Shown: positions 1 to 8,217 of the stretch, one piece after another
Numbering within the stretch: position 1 is the first letter of the stretch
How the letters are laid out: each line of letters starts with the position of its first letter
Source: a virus
Length of the DNA: 64,000 bases
Virus record (IMG/VR): IMGVR_UViG_3300002153_000349
Span: 3,176 to 67,175 of that record
Strand: one strand, 5' to 3'
The notes under the pieces: generated by a model
Told to the model about the DNA's origin: nothing
Databases searched by the model: none
What the model saw: only the letters and a program-made list of their open reading frames with translations
Made by a program: the position numbers and the translations under genes

Positions 1-1
1 A

Positions 2-157
2 AAACCACCAGTGAGAAATAATCGCCCAACGTTTAACAATAATTCTCGTCCATCTAATAATAGTCGACCTGTGATTAATAATTCTCGTCCATCTAATACA
101 AGATCTTCGACACCTGTTCGTTCAAGCTCTCCTCCTTCAAGAAAAAAAGGTAATTGA
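2..157 (+). CDS. 3' end of a protein with an N/S/R/P-rich low-complexity tail (partial, runs off the left edge)
   Basis: Frame 2 is open from the edge: KPPVRNNRPTFNNNSRPSNNSRPVINNSRPSNTRSSTPVRSSSPPSRKKGN*, TGA at 155-157. This explains the duplicated aataattctcgtccatctaata. Confidence 0.65.
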   Translation, partial: KPPVRNNRPTFNNNSRPSNNSRPVINNSRPSNTRSSTPVRSSSPPSRKKGN

Positions 158-183
158 AACAATTAAGATTATTAGAGTATAAT
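157..183 (+). promoter_or_regulatory. Class A promoter (AAAC-N17-TATAAT)
   Basis: AAAC at 157-160, 17-nt spacer, TATAAT at 178-183; one of ten identically spaced copies. Confidence 0.7.
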
Positions 184-210
184 ATTAAAGGATTAACTTA
201 AACTTTTAAT

Positions 211-474
211 ATGAAAGACCTTTTATCTAAATTAATATACACTTCAATAATAGTTGGCGTAATTTCTGTTATATTTGCAGTTCCAGTTTTAATAATAGCC
301 ATCATATCTTCAATATTGTCATGGATATCAGGTTGGTATTTTGGATGGATATTCTCAGTAGGAATTACTATTACTTTTCTTATATCAGCTACAATATTAG
401 ATAATCTATATAGACAAATACAAGAATTTAAAATAGATCTAGACCTGGAAAGTGAAGATGAAGATCTATTATAG
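211..474 (+). CDS. Small membrane protein
   Basis: Two hydrophobic stretches and an acidic C-terminus; lies downstream of a class A promoter. Confidence 0.7.
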   Translation: MKDLLSKLIYTSIIVGVISVIFAVPVLIIAIISSILSWISGWYFGWIFSVGITITFLISATILDNLYRQIQEFKIDLDLESEDEDLL

Positions 475-495
475 CAATTATAATAACTTAATATT

Positions 496-732
496 ATGAT
501 AAGATTAATACAAAAAGAAATGGCTAAGAAAACAACACATTGGAAAACTAAAGAAGTAGATGGTAGAAGAATGATGATATGTCAGAACTCAAAACCAACT
601 ATGAGTAAATACTCTGAATTTGCACCAGAAGACGGAGAGTGTAATGAATGGTCTGAGGTAGGTTCTGATTCAACGGGGTCACTATGTTGGAGATGTACGG
701 CTAGATCAGTAAATAATATTAGATTAAAATAA
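496..732 (+). CDS. Hypothetical protein, possibly Zn-binding (start may be 520)
   Basis: Four Cys residues including CWRC. Confidence 0.6.
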   Translation: MIRLIQKEMAKKTTHWKTKEVDGRRMMICQNSKPTMSKYSEFAPEDGECNEWSEVGSDSTGSLCWRCTARSVNNIRLK

Positions 733-826
733 TAAGATATTTTAAGATTCTTAAATTATGATATTATGATATTATCATTTTAAATGAATCTTTTAATAAA
801 ATATTATAATTTACCGATTCAACACT

Positions 827-834
827 GATATATA
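827..834 (+). promoter_or_regulatory. Class C (late-type) promoter GATATATA with no ORF before the next terminator
   Basis: Same octamer as found upstream of the structural genes. Confidence 0.4.
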
Positions 835-889
835 ACTTATAAGTTTTAAAAGACTTGGACGAATAGCTATACAGAAATAATTTATTTTT

Positions 890-921
890 AAGACCAATCT
901 CAAAGGGATTGGTCTTTTTTT
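890..921 (+). terminator. Intrinsic terminator
   Basis: aagaccaatc / gattggtctt stem followed by a T-run. Confidence 0.8.
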
Positions 922-925
922 ATCT

Positions 926-952
926 AAACTTTTATGAATATGTTAGTATAAT
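926..952 (+). promoter_or_regulatory. Class A promoter
   Basis: AAAC at 926-929, N17, TATAAT at 947-952. Confidence 0.7.
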
Positions 953-983
953 ATTAAAGTATTCATATAATCAAAAACACATA

Positions 984-1649
984 ATGGGTAACAATAGAAA
1001 ATCTGAAGATGCTTGGCAGATTCTAAGAATTCAGGGAGAATTCACAAAGGGGTTTGATACGTTTAATGAACTAGGACCATGTGTCTCTGTGTTTGGAAGC
1101 GCTAGAACTCTATCAACAAATCCGATGTACAAAGAAGCTGAGAAAATTGGAAAGCTTCTAGTTGAAGCAGGGTTTGGTGTAATTACGGGAGGTGGTCCTG
1201 GAATTATGGAAGCTGCGAACAAAGGAGCACATGGAGCGGGAGGTAAAAGTATAGGTGTTGGAATCGAATTACCATTTGAAGCTAGCATGAATGATTACGT
1301 AGATTTAGGAGTTGAGAACAGATATTTCTTTACACGAAAAGTAATGTTCCTTAAATATTCACAGGCATTTGTTATTTGCCCAGGAGGTGTTGGAACTTTA
1401 GATGAGTTATTCGAAGCTATAACGCTTGCGCAATGTGGCCATAATGTAAAATATCCTATAGTTCTTGTAGGTAAAAAATACTGGGAAGGTCTTGTGGATT
1501 GGATGCAAAATACTTTATGGGAACATGGCGCAATTAGCCAAAGAGATTTTGATTTATTTAGAGTGGTAGATACTGCAGAAGAAGCAGTTTCTAAAATTAC
1601 AGAGTATCATAATAAGTTTTCTGATAATACTGACACTCCAAATTTTTAA
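984..1649 (+). CDS. LOG family (TIGR00730-type) nucleotide monophosphate phosphoribohydrolase
   Basis: VSVFGSAR, TGGGPGIMEAAN, RKVMF and PGGxGTLDE motifs. ATG 984 is preferred over 909 because a promoter lies at 926-952. Confidence 0.9.
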   Translation: MGNNRKSEDAWQILRIQGEFTKGFDTFNELGPCVSVFGSARTLSTNPMYKEAEKIGKLLVEAGFGVITGGGPGIMEAANKGAHGAGGKSIGVGIELPFEASMNDYVDLGVENRYFFTRKVMFLKYSQAFVICPGGVGTLDELFEAITLAQCGHNVKYPIVLVGKKYWEGLVDWMQNTLWEHGAISQRDFDLFRVVDTAEEAVSKITEYHNKFSDNTDTPNF

Positions 1650-1661
1650 TACATATAATAG

Positions 1662-2117
1662 ATGAAGTTTAAAAAGCTGGCAGATGGATCTGCCATAGAC
1701 CTTGCAACATATCTCAAAAGCTATATAAAGAATAATTCTAATAATTCAATACGTATTTATGTAGGATGTGATTCTCATGTTAAGGGAGAACACACAACAT
1801 ACGTAAGCACTGTTGTTATTCATGTTGGAAATTCAGGTTGCCATGTTCTCTATAAAAAAGAAAAGGTAGATCCCATCCGAGATTTATTTAGAAAGTTATG
1901 GGGTGAAGTTGAAAGATCAGTTGAAGTTACTATGTACCTTAGAGAAAACGGGATAAATATACATACTATAGACCTAGATCTTAACCACCAAGAAGAACAC
2001 GCATCTAACAAGGTCGTTAATGCAGCAATGGGATACGTAAAGTCTCTAGGTATTAAAGTACGAATAAAGCCAGATATATTACCCGCAATTGCTGCGGCTG
2101 ATAATTTGTCAAAATAA
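1662..2117 (+). CDS. RNase H-like YkuK (DUF458) family protein
   Basis: IYVGCDS, LWGEVERS, IDLDLN and C-terminal AAAD pattern. Confidence 0.75.
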   Translation: MKFKKLADGSAIDLATYLKSYIKNNSNNSIRIYVGCDSHVKGEHTTYVSTVVIHVGNSGCHVLYKKEKVDPIRDLFRKLWGEVERSVEVTMYLRENGINIHTIDLDLNHQEEHASNKVVNAAMGYVKSLGIKVRIKPDILPAIAAADNLSK

Positions 2118-2165
2118 ACAAATCCTAAAAAGGGAGTAAAACTAGTATAACAATTAAATTCTACA

Positions 2166-4172
2166 ATGGCAGAACAATTTGAAAATCCAGGAAAAGGAAG
2201 CGGAAAAAGAAAAACACCATACGTTGATGAATATGGAGAAGACCTAACGGCTGAAGCTGCAAAAGGAAACTTAGACCCTATTATAGGGAGAGAGAAGGAA
2301 GTATATCGTATTTGTCAAATTTTATCTAGAAGAAAAAAGAACAATCCAATTATCTTAGGAGATCCTGGTGTAGGTAAAACTGCATTAGTCGAGGCGATTG
2401 CACAAAGAATTGTAGATAAGAAAGTTGCTAGAACACTGTTAAAGAAAAGAGTAATTTCTATTAATATCTCTAACATCGTTGCAGGTACAAAGTATCGTGG
2501 TGAATTCGAGGAGAGAATGAAAAATATAGTAGATGAACTAAAAAACAATAAAGATATTATTGTATTCATCGACGAATTACACACGATCGTTGGAGCAGGT
2601 GGTGTTAGTGGATCTTTAGATGCATCTAATATATTAAAACCGGCATTAGCAAGAGGACAAGTACAGTGTATTGGTGCAACTACATTAGATGAATATAGAG
2701 AAAATATCGAAGATGACGGTGCACTTACCAGAAGGTTTCAAGAAGTGTTTATCGATCCACCTAGTGAAGAAGACACTATAGAAATATTACAAAAAATAAA
2801 GGGAAATTATGAAGAGTATCACGCAGTTGAATATACTGACGATGCAATCGAAGCGTGCGTCACTCTTTCTACTAGATATATTACTTCTAGGGAATTACCC
2901 GATAAAGCGATTGATTTACTAGATGAATCAGGTGCAAAGGTTCACTTAAGCGAAATTAAAGTTCCTGTTCATATTAAAAAAGCAGAGATGGAAGTAGAAT
3001 CACTCACGCTCGAAAAATTAAAGGCAGTTGAAGAACAAGACTATGAAAAGGCTGCACACTTCAGAGATAAAGAAATTCAATCGAAGAATAAAATCGAGGG
3101 GAAAATCACTGCATGGGAAAAATCATTAAGAGATAAGAAAAAGAAAGTTACAGCAGAAGATATTGCAGAAACTATTTCGCAATCTACCGGGATTCCAATT
3201 ACTAGAATGACAGGTGATGAAAGTAAAATCATCATGGCAATGGAAACAGAATTAAAGAAGATGATAGTTGGACAAGATCAAGCAGTAGACGCATTGTCTA
3301 AAGTAATTAAAAGATCTAGAACGGGTGTATCTTCAGCTAAAAAGCCAATAGGTTCATTCATGTTCCTAGGACCAACTGGTGTAGGTAAAACTGAGACTGT
3401 TAAAGCCATTACTAATTATTATTTCGGAGGTGAAGAACACCTTATAAGAATTGATATGAGTGAATATATGGAAAAGTTCGCGGTATCTAGATTAATAGGT
3501 TCTCCTCCAGGATATGTTGGACATGAAGACGGTGGTCAATTGACAGAACAGGTTAGAAGAAAACCATATTCAGTTGTACTTTTCGATGAAATTGAAAAAG
3601 CACACCCGGACGTATTCAATACTCTATTGCAAGTATTAGATGAAGGAAGATTAACAGATTCATTAGGAAGAACAGTAGACTTTACGAATACAATTATAAT
3701 TATGACATCTAATGTTGGTGCTAAAAAAGTAAGTGAGTTCGGAACGGGTATTGGATTTGAAACTAAGAAATCTTCAATCGCTGGAAGAAAAGCACACACT
3801 GAAGCTATTATTGCGAAGGAACTTAAGAATAAGTTTGCTCCAGAATTTTTAAATAGATTAGATGATGTAGTATTATTCGACCAATTAAAACATGAAGATA
3901 TTCTTCAAATAGTTGATATTGAAGTTCAGCACCTTGTAATTAGAATGTTTGATCAGAAATATAATATTAAAGTTACTAAGCAAGCGAAAGAATTTTTAGC
4001 AGAAAAAGGATATGATCCTGACTATGGAGCAAGGCCTCTTAAAAGAGCTATTCAAACATATATTGAAGATCTTTTAGCAGATTCAATTATTAAAGGAGAT
4101 ATAGTAACAGGTGATGAAGTTTACACGATCAATCACACTAAGAAAGAAGATAAACTTTCTATCAAAAAGTAG
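2166..4172 (+). CDS. clpC: ClpC-type Hsp100 ATPase lacking the N-terminal domain
   Basis: Two AAA+ modules (GDPGVGKT, GPTGVGKT; FIDE, LFDEIEK), GTKYRGEFE and PPGYVG pore loops, UVR middle domain (AVEEQDYEKAAHFRD), IGF ClpP-docking loop. The protein begins directly before NBD1. Confidence 0.92.
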   Translation: MAEQFENPGKGSGKRKTPYVDEYGEDLTAEAAKGNLDPIIGREKEVYRICQILSRRKKNNPIILGDPGVGKTALVEAIAQRIVDKKVARTLLKKRVISINISNIVAGTKYRGEFEERMKNIVDELKNNKDIIVFIDELHTIVGAGGVSGSLDASNILKPALARGQVQCIGATTLDEYRENIEDDGALTRRFQEVFIDPPSEEDTIEILQKIKGNYEEYHAVEYTDDAIEACVTLSTRYITSRELPDKAIDLLDESGAKVHLSEIKVPVHIKKAEMEVESLTLEKLKAVEEQDYEKAAHFRDKEIQSKNKIEGKITAWEKSLRDKKKKVTAEDIAETISQSTGIPITRMTGDESKIIMAMETELKKMIVGQDQAVDALSKVIKRSRTGVSSAKKPIGSFMFLGPTGVGKTETVKAITNYYFGGEEHLIRIDMSEYMEKFAVSRLIGSPPGYVGHEDGGQLTEQVRRKPYSVVLFDEIEKAHPDVFNTLLQVLDEGRLTDSLGRTVDFTNTIIIMTSNVGAKKVSEFGTGIGFETKKSSIAGRKAHTEAIIAKELKNKFAPEFLNRLDDVVLFDQLKHEDILQIVDIEVQHLVIRMFDQKYNIKVTKQAKEFLAEKGYDPDYGARPLKRAIQTYIEDLLADSIIKGDIVTGDEVYTINHTKKEDKLSIKK

Positions 4173-4178
4173 TATAAT
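4152..4178 (+). promoter_or_regulatory. Class A promoter
   Basis: AAAC at 4152-4155, N17, TATAAT at 4173-4178. Confidence 0.7.
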
Positions 4179-4199
4179 AATAAACTAATAACTTATTAA

Positions 4200-5105
4200 A
4201 TGAATTTCTCAAGTCAATTCTCAAAAACGATTACAAACATAGAAGAAATAGGTAGCGTATCACAGCCACGTGATATGAAAGTAAAAGAGCTTGCTCTTAC
4301 AACTTTACCCATAGATCCTTATATGCCTATTGCTAATTTTGAAAATAGAAAATTCAACTGGAAATATTTTGCAGGTGAATTAGCATGGTATTTACGAAAA
4401 GATAATGATGTAGATTACATAGGTCAATTCTCAGGATTCTGGTCTACTCTAACTAATCCTAATACAAATGAAATTAATTCAAACTATGGTTCACTATTAT
4501 TTAATGAGCAATTAGAATGGGTAGTAGATTCATTAAAGGCAGATCAAAATACAAGACAGGCTATAGCATTTCTTAATCAACCTAAATTTCAATTTGAAGG
4601 TAATAAAGATTTCGTATGTACAATGTACTTAAATTTCTTTATTAGAAATAATCAATTGAATATGAAAGTTCAGATGAGATCTAATGATGTATTTTATGGA
4701 TTAACATTTGATGCACCTTTCTTTGCATTCGTTCAGCAGCATGTTTATTTATGGTTAAAAGACACATACCCTGAATTAAATTTAGGTGTATATTACCATT
4801 GTTCAGATAACTCTCATTTTTATGAAAGACACTTTGAACTAGCTTCCAAAATTCAACAAGAAACTATAGAAGATTCTACGCAATACGCTATGATTCTTGA
4901 TGAACCGTTCTTTACGATCGAGGCAGGTAAGATGCTATTAACTGATCATGGTTTAAGCTTTATAGAAAAAGTAAATGAAACTATAGAAACTGAAAAACCT
5001 ACACAAAAAGAATTCAAACAAATTCTACAATCATACGCCGGCATAATTAACGAAGAAGAACTCATAGCAGAAGAAGAGGATGGACTACCCGAGATTCAGA
5101 ATTAA
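4200..5105 (+). CDS. Thymidylate synthase-family enzyme resembling T4 gp42 dCMP hydroxymethylase
   Basis: SNYG, TRQA, DFVCT (catalytic Cys), MRSNDVFYGLTFD with Asp at the specificity position, HFYERH. Confidence 0.8.
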   Translation: MNFSSQFSKTITNIEEIGSVSQPRDMKVKELALTTLPIDPYMPIANFENRKFNWKYFAGELAWYLRKDNDVDYIGQFSGFWSTLTNPNTNEINSNYGSLLFNEQLEWVVDSLKADQNTRQAIAFLNQPKFQFEGNKDFVCTMYLNFFIRNNQLNMKVQMRSNDVFYGLTFDAPFFAFVQQHVYLWLKDTYPELNLGVYYHCSDNSHFYERHFELASKIQQETIEDSTQYAMILDEPFFTIEAGKMLLTDHGLSFIEKVNETIETEKPTQKEFKQILQSYAGIINEEELIAEEEDGLPEIQN

Positions 5106-5382
5106 TACCAGGCAAATGGAACTAGGTTCCTTAGAAGAAGGCATAGATGACATTGTCGGATTTCACCTAAATATCGTAAAACACATAGAAGACAACATTG
5201 ACGGAATATCAATGAATGCAAATATATTATGTGTATTAATAGATGAGGAAGGAAATGAGTATGACTCTCTATTAGATGAAGATAGATATATTAAGTCTTT
5301 GCAAAAATCTCTAGAATTCTTTAAAGAAAGAGAAAATTACGAAAAATGTAAACACGTAACAGATTTGATAAACAGAATATAA
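5080..5382 (+). CDS. Small protein with a C-terminal UVR-like motif
   Basis: Ends SLEFFKERENYEKCKHVTDLINRI; the motif is shared with three other ORFs. Confidence 0.7.
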   Translation: MDYPRFRINTRQMELGSLEEGIDDIVGFHLNIVKHIEDNIDGISMNANILCVLIDEEGNEYDSLLDEDRYIKSLQKSLEFFKERENYEKCKHVTDLINRI

Positions 5383-5388
5383 ATCAAC

Positions 5389-6228
5389 ATGAAATACGGA
5401 CTGACCGGATTTAATAGAGTCGCTAGAACCACAACAAAATGGTTCTCTCGACTCTTACGAGTATTCGAGAGACAGAAAAGAATTGACTGGGCTAAGTATA
5501 TTGACGACACCGTTGTTATTCATCTTGCATACAGAAAGGATAGATTAAAAATAGCAGAAAAGAGAGCATCTTCCCAAAAGCTAAAGGGACGTAAAACATT
5601 ACTAGATCATTTAAGATTCTTTGACGCAATAGAAGGAAAGAAAATTAAATGGTTTTCTAAAAAAATACACATTAACAAATATCCATTTTCATTTCACTGG
5701 GAAATAGATCCTTCTCCCGGAATGAAAAATAAATTAAAAAGAAATAATAAGATATTATGTTCTTCTGCTGAAACTGGAATCGCATTTTCACACTATAGAA
5801 TTTGGAAAGAAATTGTAGAGAATAAAACACCAGTCACCCTCATAATGGAAGATGACTTTGAATTTTGTCATAAGTTTCAAGATAAAATAGAAAGCATATT
5901 TGAAAAAGAACTTCCTAATGATTGGGATTTATTGTATCTTTCTAGTTTGCCAAATCAATTTGGATTTACATGGGATCCTCATTCTCAAAATCTATCACGG
6001 TTATATAATGGAGTATGGTGGCTATCAGGTTACGTATTAACATACGAAGGAGCTAAGAAATTATTAGAAGGTTTGCCTATTATCGGCCCTGTTGATGTAT
6101 GGATTAATTATCAATTTAAAGATATGAAAGTATATATGACTAATCATAATCTAATAACACAAGGTGACGATACCGAATCTGATAATACTTATTCCTATGT
6201 TGAAACATTTAAGGATAACTTAATATAA
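5389..6228 (+). CDS. GT25 family glycosyltransferase (Lex2B/COLGALT-like domain)
   Basis: VIHL..RKDRL, DAIEG, G...SHYRIWK, LIMEDD, DWDLLYL, GYVLTYEGAKKLL, PVD. Confidence 0.85.
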   Translation: MKYGLTGFNRVARTTTKWFSRLLRVFERQKRIDWAKYIDDTVVIHLAYRKDRLKIAEKRASSQKLKGRKTLLDHLRFFDAIEGKKIKWFSKKIHINKYPFSFHWEIDPSPGMKNKLKRNNKILCSSAETGIAFSHYRIWKEIVENKTPVTLIMEDDFEFCHKFQDKIESIFEKELPNDWDLLYLSSLPNQFGFTWDPHSQNLSRLYNGVWWLSGYVLTYEGAKKLLEGLPIIGPVDVWINYQFKDMKVYMTNHNLITQGDDTESDNTYSYVETFKDNLI

Positions 6229-6229
6229 T
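6203..6229 (+). promoter_or_regulatory. Class A promoter
   Basis: AAAC at 6203-6206, N17, TATAAT at 6224-6229. Confidence 0.65.
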
Positions 6230-6256
6230 ATTAAAATAATACACACAAAGAATTAT

Positions 6257-6925
6257 ATGAATTACGGAAAAGAATTTCAGAAATACGCGATGAGTGATCA
6301 TAATGTTTCATCATCTAAATTAAATTACTATGAAAAGCAGATTGAAAACTCACTAACTCCGTATATTCTAGAAGAAAGAGAGTTAAGAGCTACTCAGATG
6401 GATATCTTTTCAAGATTAATGATGGACAGATTACTATGGGTCGCAGGACCAGTTAATGATAATATGTCTACTATTGTTCAAGCTCAGCTGATGTTTTTAG
6501 ATTCAGTAGGAGGAACAGATATTACGATGCACATTGACTCACCGGGTGGAAGTGTTAAAAGTGGACTTTCAATGGTAGATGTTATGGATTATATCAAATC
6601 AGATATCAAAACGGTAAATACCGGAATGGCTGCATCTATGGGTTCTGTTTTATTAGGAGCAGGAACTAAAGGAAAAAGATCTTCACTTAGACATTCTACT
6701 ACAATGTTACACCAGTCTTCTGGTGGATTTAATGGTAACATTCAAGATGCTGAAATAGACTGGAAAGAATGGCAAAAAGTAAATAAGGAATTGTTCAATC
6801 TTTTAGGAGAATATTGTGGAAAAACTGCAGACGAAGTAATGAAAGATGCTACTAGAGATTTCTGGTTAAATGCAAAAGAAGCGAAGGCATACGGTATTAT
6901 TGACGAAATCATCGGGAAATCCTAA
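6257..6925 (+). CDS. clpP: ATP-dependent Clp protease proteolytic subunit
   Basis: DIFSRLMMDR, IDSPGGSV, AASMGS (Ser), MLHQ (His), RDFW (Asp); Bacteroidota-type N-terminal extension (EFQKYA...LTPYILEER). Confidence 0.95.
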   Translation: MNYGKEFQKYAMSDHNVSSSKLNYYEKQIENSLTPYILEERELRATQMDIFSRLMMDRLLWVAGPVNDNMSTIVQAQLMFLDSVGGTDITMHIDSPGGSVKSGLSMVDVMDYIKSDIKTVNTGMAASMGSVLLGAGTKGKRSSLRHSTTMLHQSSGGFNGNIQDAEIDWKEWQKVNKELFNLLGEYCGKTADEVMKDATRDFWLNAKEAKAYGIIDEIIGKS

Positions 6926-6937
6926 TATATAAATTAT

Positions 6938-7153
6938 ATGAAAATTCATATTTACGTAAAAACACAAGACTTAGACGATCTTAATAAGATATTAAGTGAT
7001 CCTTTTTTAGAAATAAATGAGGATCCCGTGACTCGTCAAGAATTTGAATTTTTAAATGCACCAGCAAAGGATTTTACCATGATATCTTTGACCCATGAAC
7101 AATGGACAAGGCTGCATGACATGGACGCACTAATAACAATACTATCATTATGA
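6938..7153 (+). CDS. Hypothetical protein
   Basis: ORF in tight gene packing. Confidence 0.6.
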   Translation: MKIHIYVKTQDLDDLNKILSDPFLEINEDPVTRQEFEFLNAPAKDFTMISLTHEQWTRLHDMDALITILSL

Positions 7154-7461
7154 GAAATAGAGAAATAGAAAGAGAATTATTCATAGACCTAATCAACCAC
7201 CAATTAAAAGACCATGGTGTAACATATGATGATGTTAAAGATAATCCACAATGGTATATGGAATATAAAACTACTCAAGAAAAAGAGAAAAAGTTTATAA
7301 AGCATATTACCGAAACGGTAGTTAACACACTAGGACTAAGCACTGTGCAAGCTGAAAAGGAAGCTCATTGGTTTATTCTACAATGGGGATTAACAGTTAC
7401 TCCAACTTCAGAAACTGCTCCTAAAAAAACTTCTAAAAAGAAGACATCTTCTAAAAAATAA
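7150..7461 (+). CDS. Hypothetical protein with a basic tail
   Basis: ATGA overlap with the previous ORF. Confidence 0.65.
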   Translation: MRNREIERELFIDLINHQLKDHGVTYDDVKDNPQWYMEYKTTQEKEKKFIKHITETVVNTLGLSTVQAEKEAHWFILQWGLTVTPTSETAPKKTSKKKTSSKK

Positions 7462-7469
7462 AATACTCG

Positions 7470-7496
7470 CATGGAATTGTAGATAAATATTCCATG
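7470..7496 (+). promoter_or_regulatory. Late-type promoter GATAAATA (7482-7489) in the loop of a hairpin that covers the start codon
   Basis: catggaat (7470-7477) and attccatg (7489-7496) form an inverted repeat that includes ATG 7494. Confidence 0.5.
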
Positions 7497-8180
7497 AATG
7501 TATTAGATCCAAATTGGCTCACTATCGAGCCACACGATTTTGAATTAAAATACTATAAACTCTTAGCAGCTGAGAATACTTTTAGCAAGATTCTCAAAGA
7601 TGGAGCTTTAATATCTATACTAGACGAGGTGGAAGATCATCTACTCGAAATGTATAAGATTAAGCATAGGAAGGAGGAGATAGATGTTAATTTAAGAGTT
7701 CTCAAGGGAATTAACCTTGACACAATGTCCCTAGAATATGAATATCCAGAAGGAGATAAACATATAGAAGACATGTATAAGCTTTGCGATAAAGCTATAG
7801 ATATACTAGAAGATATACACAAAAATGTAAGGGTAGTATTTAGATTAGTCGAGAGATCTATTAATATTACAGAAATTCCAGATATTAAAAGAACTAAAAA
7901 ATTAGGATATGCTTTGGTAAAAACACCAGAAGATATCATGCAAATATATTCTTTTAAGGTTCCTTCTCTATTAACAGAAAACTGGAAAGATTTAAATTTA
8001 AAATATGAAGGAGAAACGGTATATGATATACGAGCAATTTCTCTTTTTATTTCAAAGGTAGAGGATGAAAGTTCTGATTATAGATTCTTTAGATGTAGTG
8101 TTAATGCAGAATTTGATATGGATGAAAGAGTTTTACCCGTATTAAAGTTTAAGCTATACAATCACTTAAGAGCACATTAA
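7494..8180 (+). CDS. Hypothetical protein
   Basis: 228-aa ORF. Confidence 0.7.
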   Translation: MNVLDPNWLTIEPHDFELKYYKLLAAENTFSKILKDGALISILDEVEDHLLEMYKIKHRKEEIDVNLRVLKGINLDTMSLEYEYPEGDKHIEDMYKLCDKAIDILEDIHKNVRVVFRLVERSINITEIPDIKRTKKLGYALVKTPEDIMQIYSFKVPSLLTENWKDLNLKYEGETVYDIRAISLFISKVEDESSDYRFFRCSVNAEFDMDERVLPVLKFKLYNHLRAH

Positions 8181-8184
8181 TCAA

Positions 8185-8192
8185 GATATATA
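8185..8192 (+). promoter_or_regulatory. Class C late-type promoter GATATATA
   Basis: Octamer recurring upstream of structural genes; resembles T4 late TATAAATA. Confidence 0.55.
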
Positions 8193-8217
8193 GTTTATAA
8201 AAACAAAATAGTTTAAA

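Noticed and set aside
38-98. 22-bp direct repeat aataattctcgtccatctaata
   Set aside because: Explained by the NNSRPSN peptide repeat in the partial CDS, not an att site or array
909-983. N-terminal extension of the LOG ORF (similarly at 29201, 28144, 34743 and 26639)
   Set aside because: These extensions overlap terminators, promoters or upstream genes; downstream ATGs fit better
2116-2149. Possible class A promoter before clpC (taaacaaatcc...)
   Set aside because: No TATAAT at the 17-nt spacing; left uncalled
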